This document shows, one piece after another, positions 61,901 to 64,000 of a DNA stretch of 64,000 nucleotides. Numbering within the stretch: the stretch's first letter is position 1; the number at the start of each line of letters is the position of its first letter. Position numbers and translations under genes: made by a program. The notes under the pieces are model-generated. The model worked only from the letters and a program-made list of their open reading frames with translations. It was not told where the DNA came from and searched no databases. The stretch is from Chiloscyllium plagiosum (Eukaryota): contig NC_057711.1 of assembly GCF_004010195.1 (NCBI RefSeq), positions 70,064,944 through 70,128,943 on the forward strand, written 5' to 3'.

Positions 61901-64000
61901 ACTAGCAACAGTGAGGTCAATATCCCACCATTCTGGACCAGCAGCATCGAGGTCAATATCTCGCCATTCATGATCAGCAGCAGCGATATCAATATCCCAT
62001 CGTTCAGGACCAGCAGCAGCGAGGTCAATATCCCGCCATTCAAGGCTGGCAGCAGCGAGGTCAAAATCTCGCCATTCAGGACCGGCAGAGGCGAGATCAA
62101 TTTCCCACCATTCAGGACCGGCAAGGGCAAGGTCAATATCCCACCATTCAGGGCTGGCAGCAGCGAGGTCAATCTATCGCCATTCAGGACCGGCAGCAGC
62201 GAGGTCAATATCTTACCCTTCAGGGCCAACAGGGGCGTGGTCAATATCCCACCATTCAGGATGGGCACCAGCGAGGTCAATATCTCGCGATTCAGGACCA
62301 GCAGCAGCGAGGTCAATATCCCACCGTTCAGGACCGGCAGCAGCGAGGTCAATATCTCGCCATTCATGGCAGGCAGGAGCGAGGTCAATATCCCACCGTT
62401 CAGGGCCGGCAGGGGCAAGGTCAATATCCCACCATTCAAGACCGACAGGGGCGAGGTCAATATCCCACCGTTCAGGACCAGCAGCAGCGAGGTCAAAATC
62501 TCGCCATTCATGATCGGCAGCAGCGAGTTCAATTTCCCACCATTCAGGACTGGCAGCAGCGAGGTCAATATCGCACCATTTAGGGCTGGCAGCAGCGAGG
62601 TCAATATCTCGCCATTCANNNNNNNNNNNNNNNNNNNNNNNNNNNNNNNNNNNNNNNNNNNNNNNNNNNNNNNNNNNNNNNNNNNNNNNNNNNNNNNNNN
62701 NNNNNNNNNNNNNNNNNNNNNNNNNNNNNNNNNNNNNNNNNNNNNNNNNNNNNNNNNNNNNNNNNNNNNNNNNNNNNNNNNNNNNNNNNNNNNNNNNNNN
62801 NNNNNNNNNNNNNNNNNNNNNNNNNNNNNNNNNNNNNNNNNNNNNNNNNNNNNNNNNNNNNNNNNNNNNNNNNNNNNNNNNNNNNNNNNNNNNNNNNNNN
62901 NNNNNNNNNNNNNNNNNNNNNNNNNNNNNNNNNNNNNNNNNNNNNNNNNNNNNNNNNNNNNNNNNNNNNNNNNNNNNNNNNNNNNNNNNNNNNNNNNNNN
63001 NNNNNNNNNNNNNNNNNNNNNNNNNNNNNNNNNNNNNNNNNNNNNNNNNNNNNNNNNNNNNNNNNNNNNNNNNNNNNNNNNNNNNNNNNNNNNNNNNNNN
63101 NNNNNNNNNNNNNNNNNNNNNNNNNNNNNNNNNNNNNNNNNNNNNNNNNNNNNNNNNNNNNNNNNNNNNNNNNNNNNNNNNNNNNNNNNNNNNNNNNNNN
63201 NNNNNNNNNNNNNNNNNNNNNNNNNNNNNNNNNNNNNNNNNNNNNNNNNNNNNNNNNNNNNNNNNNNNNNNNNNNNNNNNNNNNNNNNNNNNNNNNNNNN
63301 NNNNNNNNNNNNNNNNNNNNNNNNNNNNNNNNNNNNNNNNNNNNNNNNNNNNNNNNNNNNNNNNNNNNNNNNNNNNNNNNNNNNNNNNNNNNNNGAGGTC
63401 AATATCTCGTCATTCAGGACTGGCAGCAGCAAGGTCAATATCCCACCATTCATGACCGGCACGGGCGAGGTCAATATCCCAACATTTAGGACCAGCAGCA
63501 GCAAGGTCAATATCCCACCATTCAGGGCTGCCAGCAGTGAGGTCAATATCTCGCCATTCAGGGCTTGCAGCATCGAGGTCAATATCTCACCATTCAGGAC
63601 TGGCAGCAGCGAGGTCAATATCCCACCATTTAGGACCAGCAGCAGCGAGGTCAATATCTCGTCATTTAGGACTGGCAGCAGCAAGATCAATATCCCACCA
63701 TTCATGACCGGCACGGGCGAGGTCAATATCCCATCATTCAGGACTGGCAGCGGCGAGGTCAATATCCCACCATTTAGGACCAGCAGCAGCGAGGTCAATA
63801 TCCCACCATTCAGGGCCGGCATGGACGAGGTCAATATCTCGCCATTCAGGACTGGCAGCAGCGAGGCCAATATCCCGCCATTTAGGGCCGGCAGCAGCGA
63901 GGTCAATATCTCACCATTCAGGGCCGGCAGCAGCGAGGTCAATATCCCACCATTCTGGACTAGTAACAGCGAGGTCAATATCCCACCATTTAGGACCAGC

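Larger units (their letters stand above)
53184..64000 (+). repeat. 36-bp GC-rich tandem repeat (minisatellite/satellite), continues past window end
   Basis: Consensus GAGGTCAATATCCCACCATTCAGGACCGGCAGCAGC; roughly 270 sequenced monomers by length; N gap 62619-63394. Confidence 0.98.

Noticed and set aside
53104..63978. Long repetitive ORFs (up to 1013 aa) as a real repeat-protein gene
   Set aside because: They follow from a stop-free 36-bp monomer, occur on both strands, are broken by frameshifts and a transposon, and the longest spans an N gap.
53184..64000. CRISPR array (36-bp repeats)
   Set aside because: Monomers are head-to-tail with no unique spacers, there are no cas genes, and the context is eukaryotic.

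Overview
Repeat-rich vertebrate genomic DNA, very probably from a shark: it carries HE1 SINEs, CR1/HER1-type LINEs and a SacSINE1-like DeuSINE. I see no intact protein-coding gene. Most of 1-53 kb is nested retroelement debris (CR1, L2, Rex1/Babar, HE1, two Penelope-like families, Harbinger Myb/SANT remnants). Three things stand out. (1) A chain of minus-strand exon-like segments in the unique islands (about 52.3-37.0 kb and 34.4-16.2 kb) has near-canonical splice sites and compatible intron phases. They reconstruct one or two Cys-rich, N-glycosylation-rich extracellular proteins I cannot name, disabled by stops (often TGA) and frameshifts: a probable unitary pseudogene pair that the ORF track misses. 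(2) A family of Penelope pLTR-derived fold-back mini-insertions has 15-17 bp target-site duplications, a fixed arm asymmetry and minimal hammerhead-ribozyme cores. (3) A >10.8 kb 36-bp tandem array (53.2 kb to window end) has higher-order structure and explains all the long repetitive ORFs. Repeat family names come from recognition, not database searches, and old-repeat boundaries are approximate.
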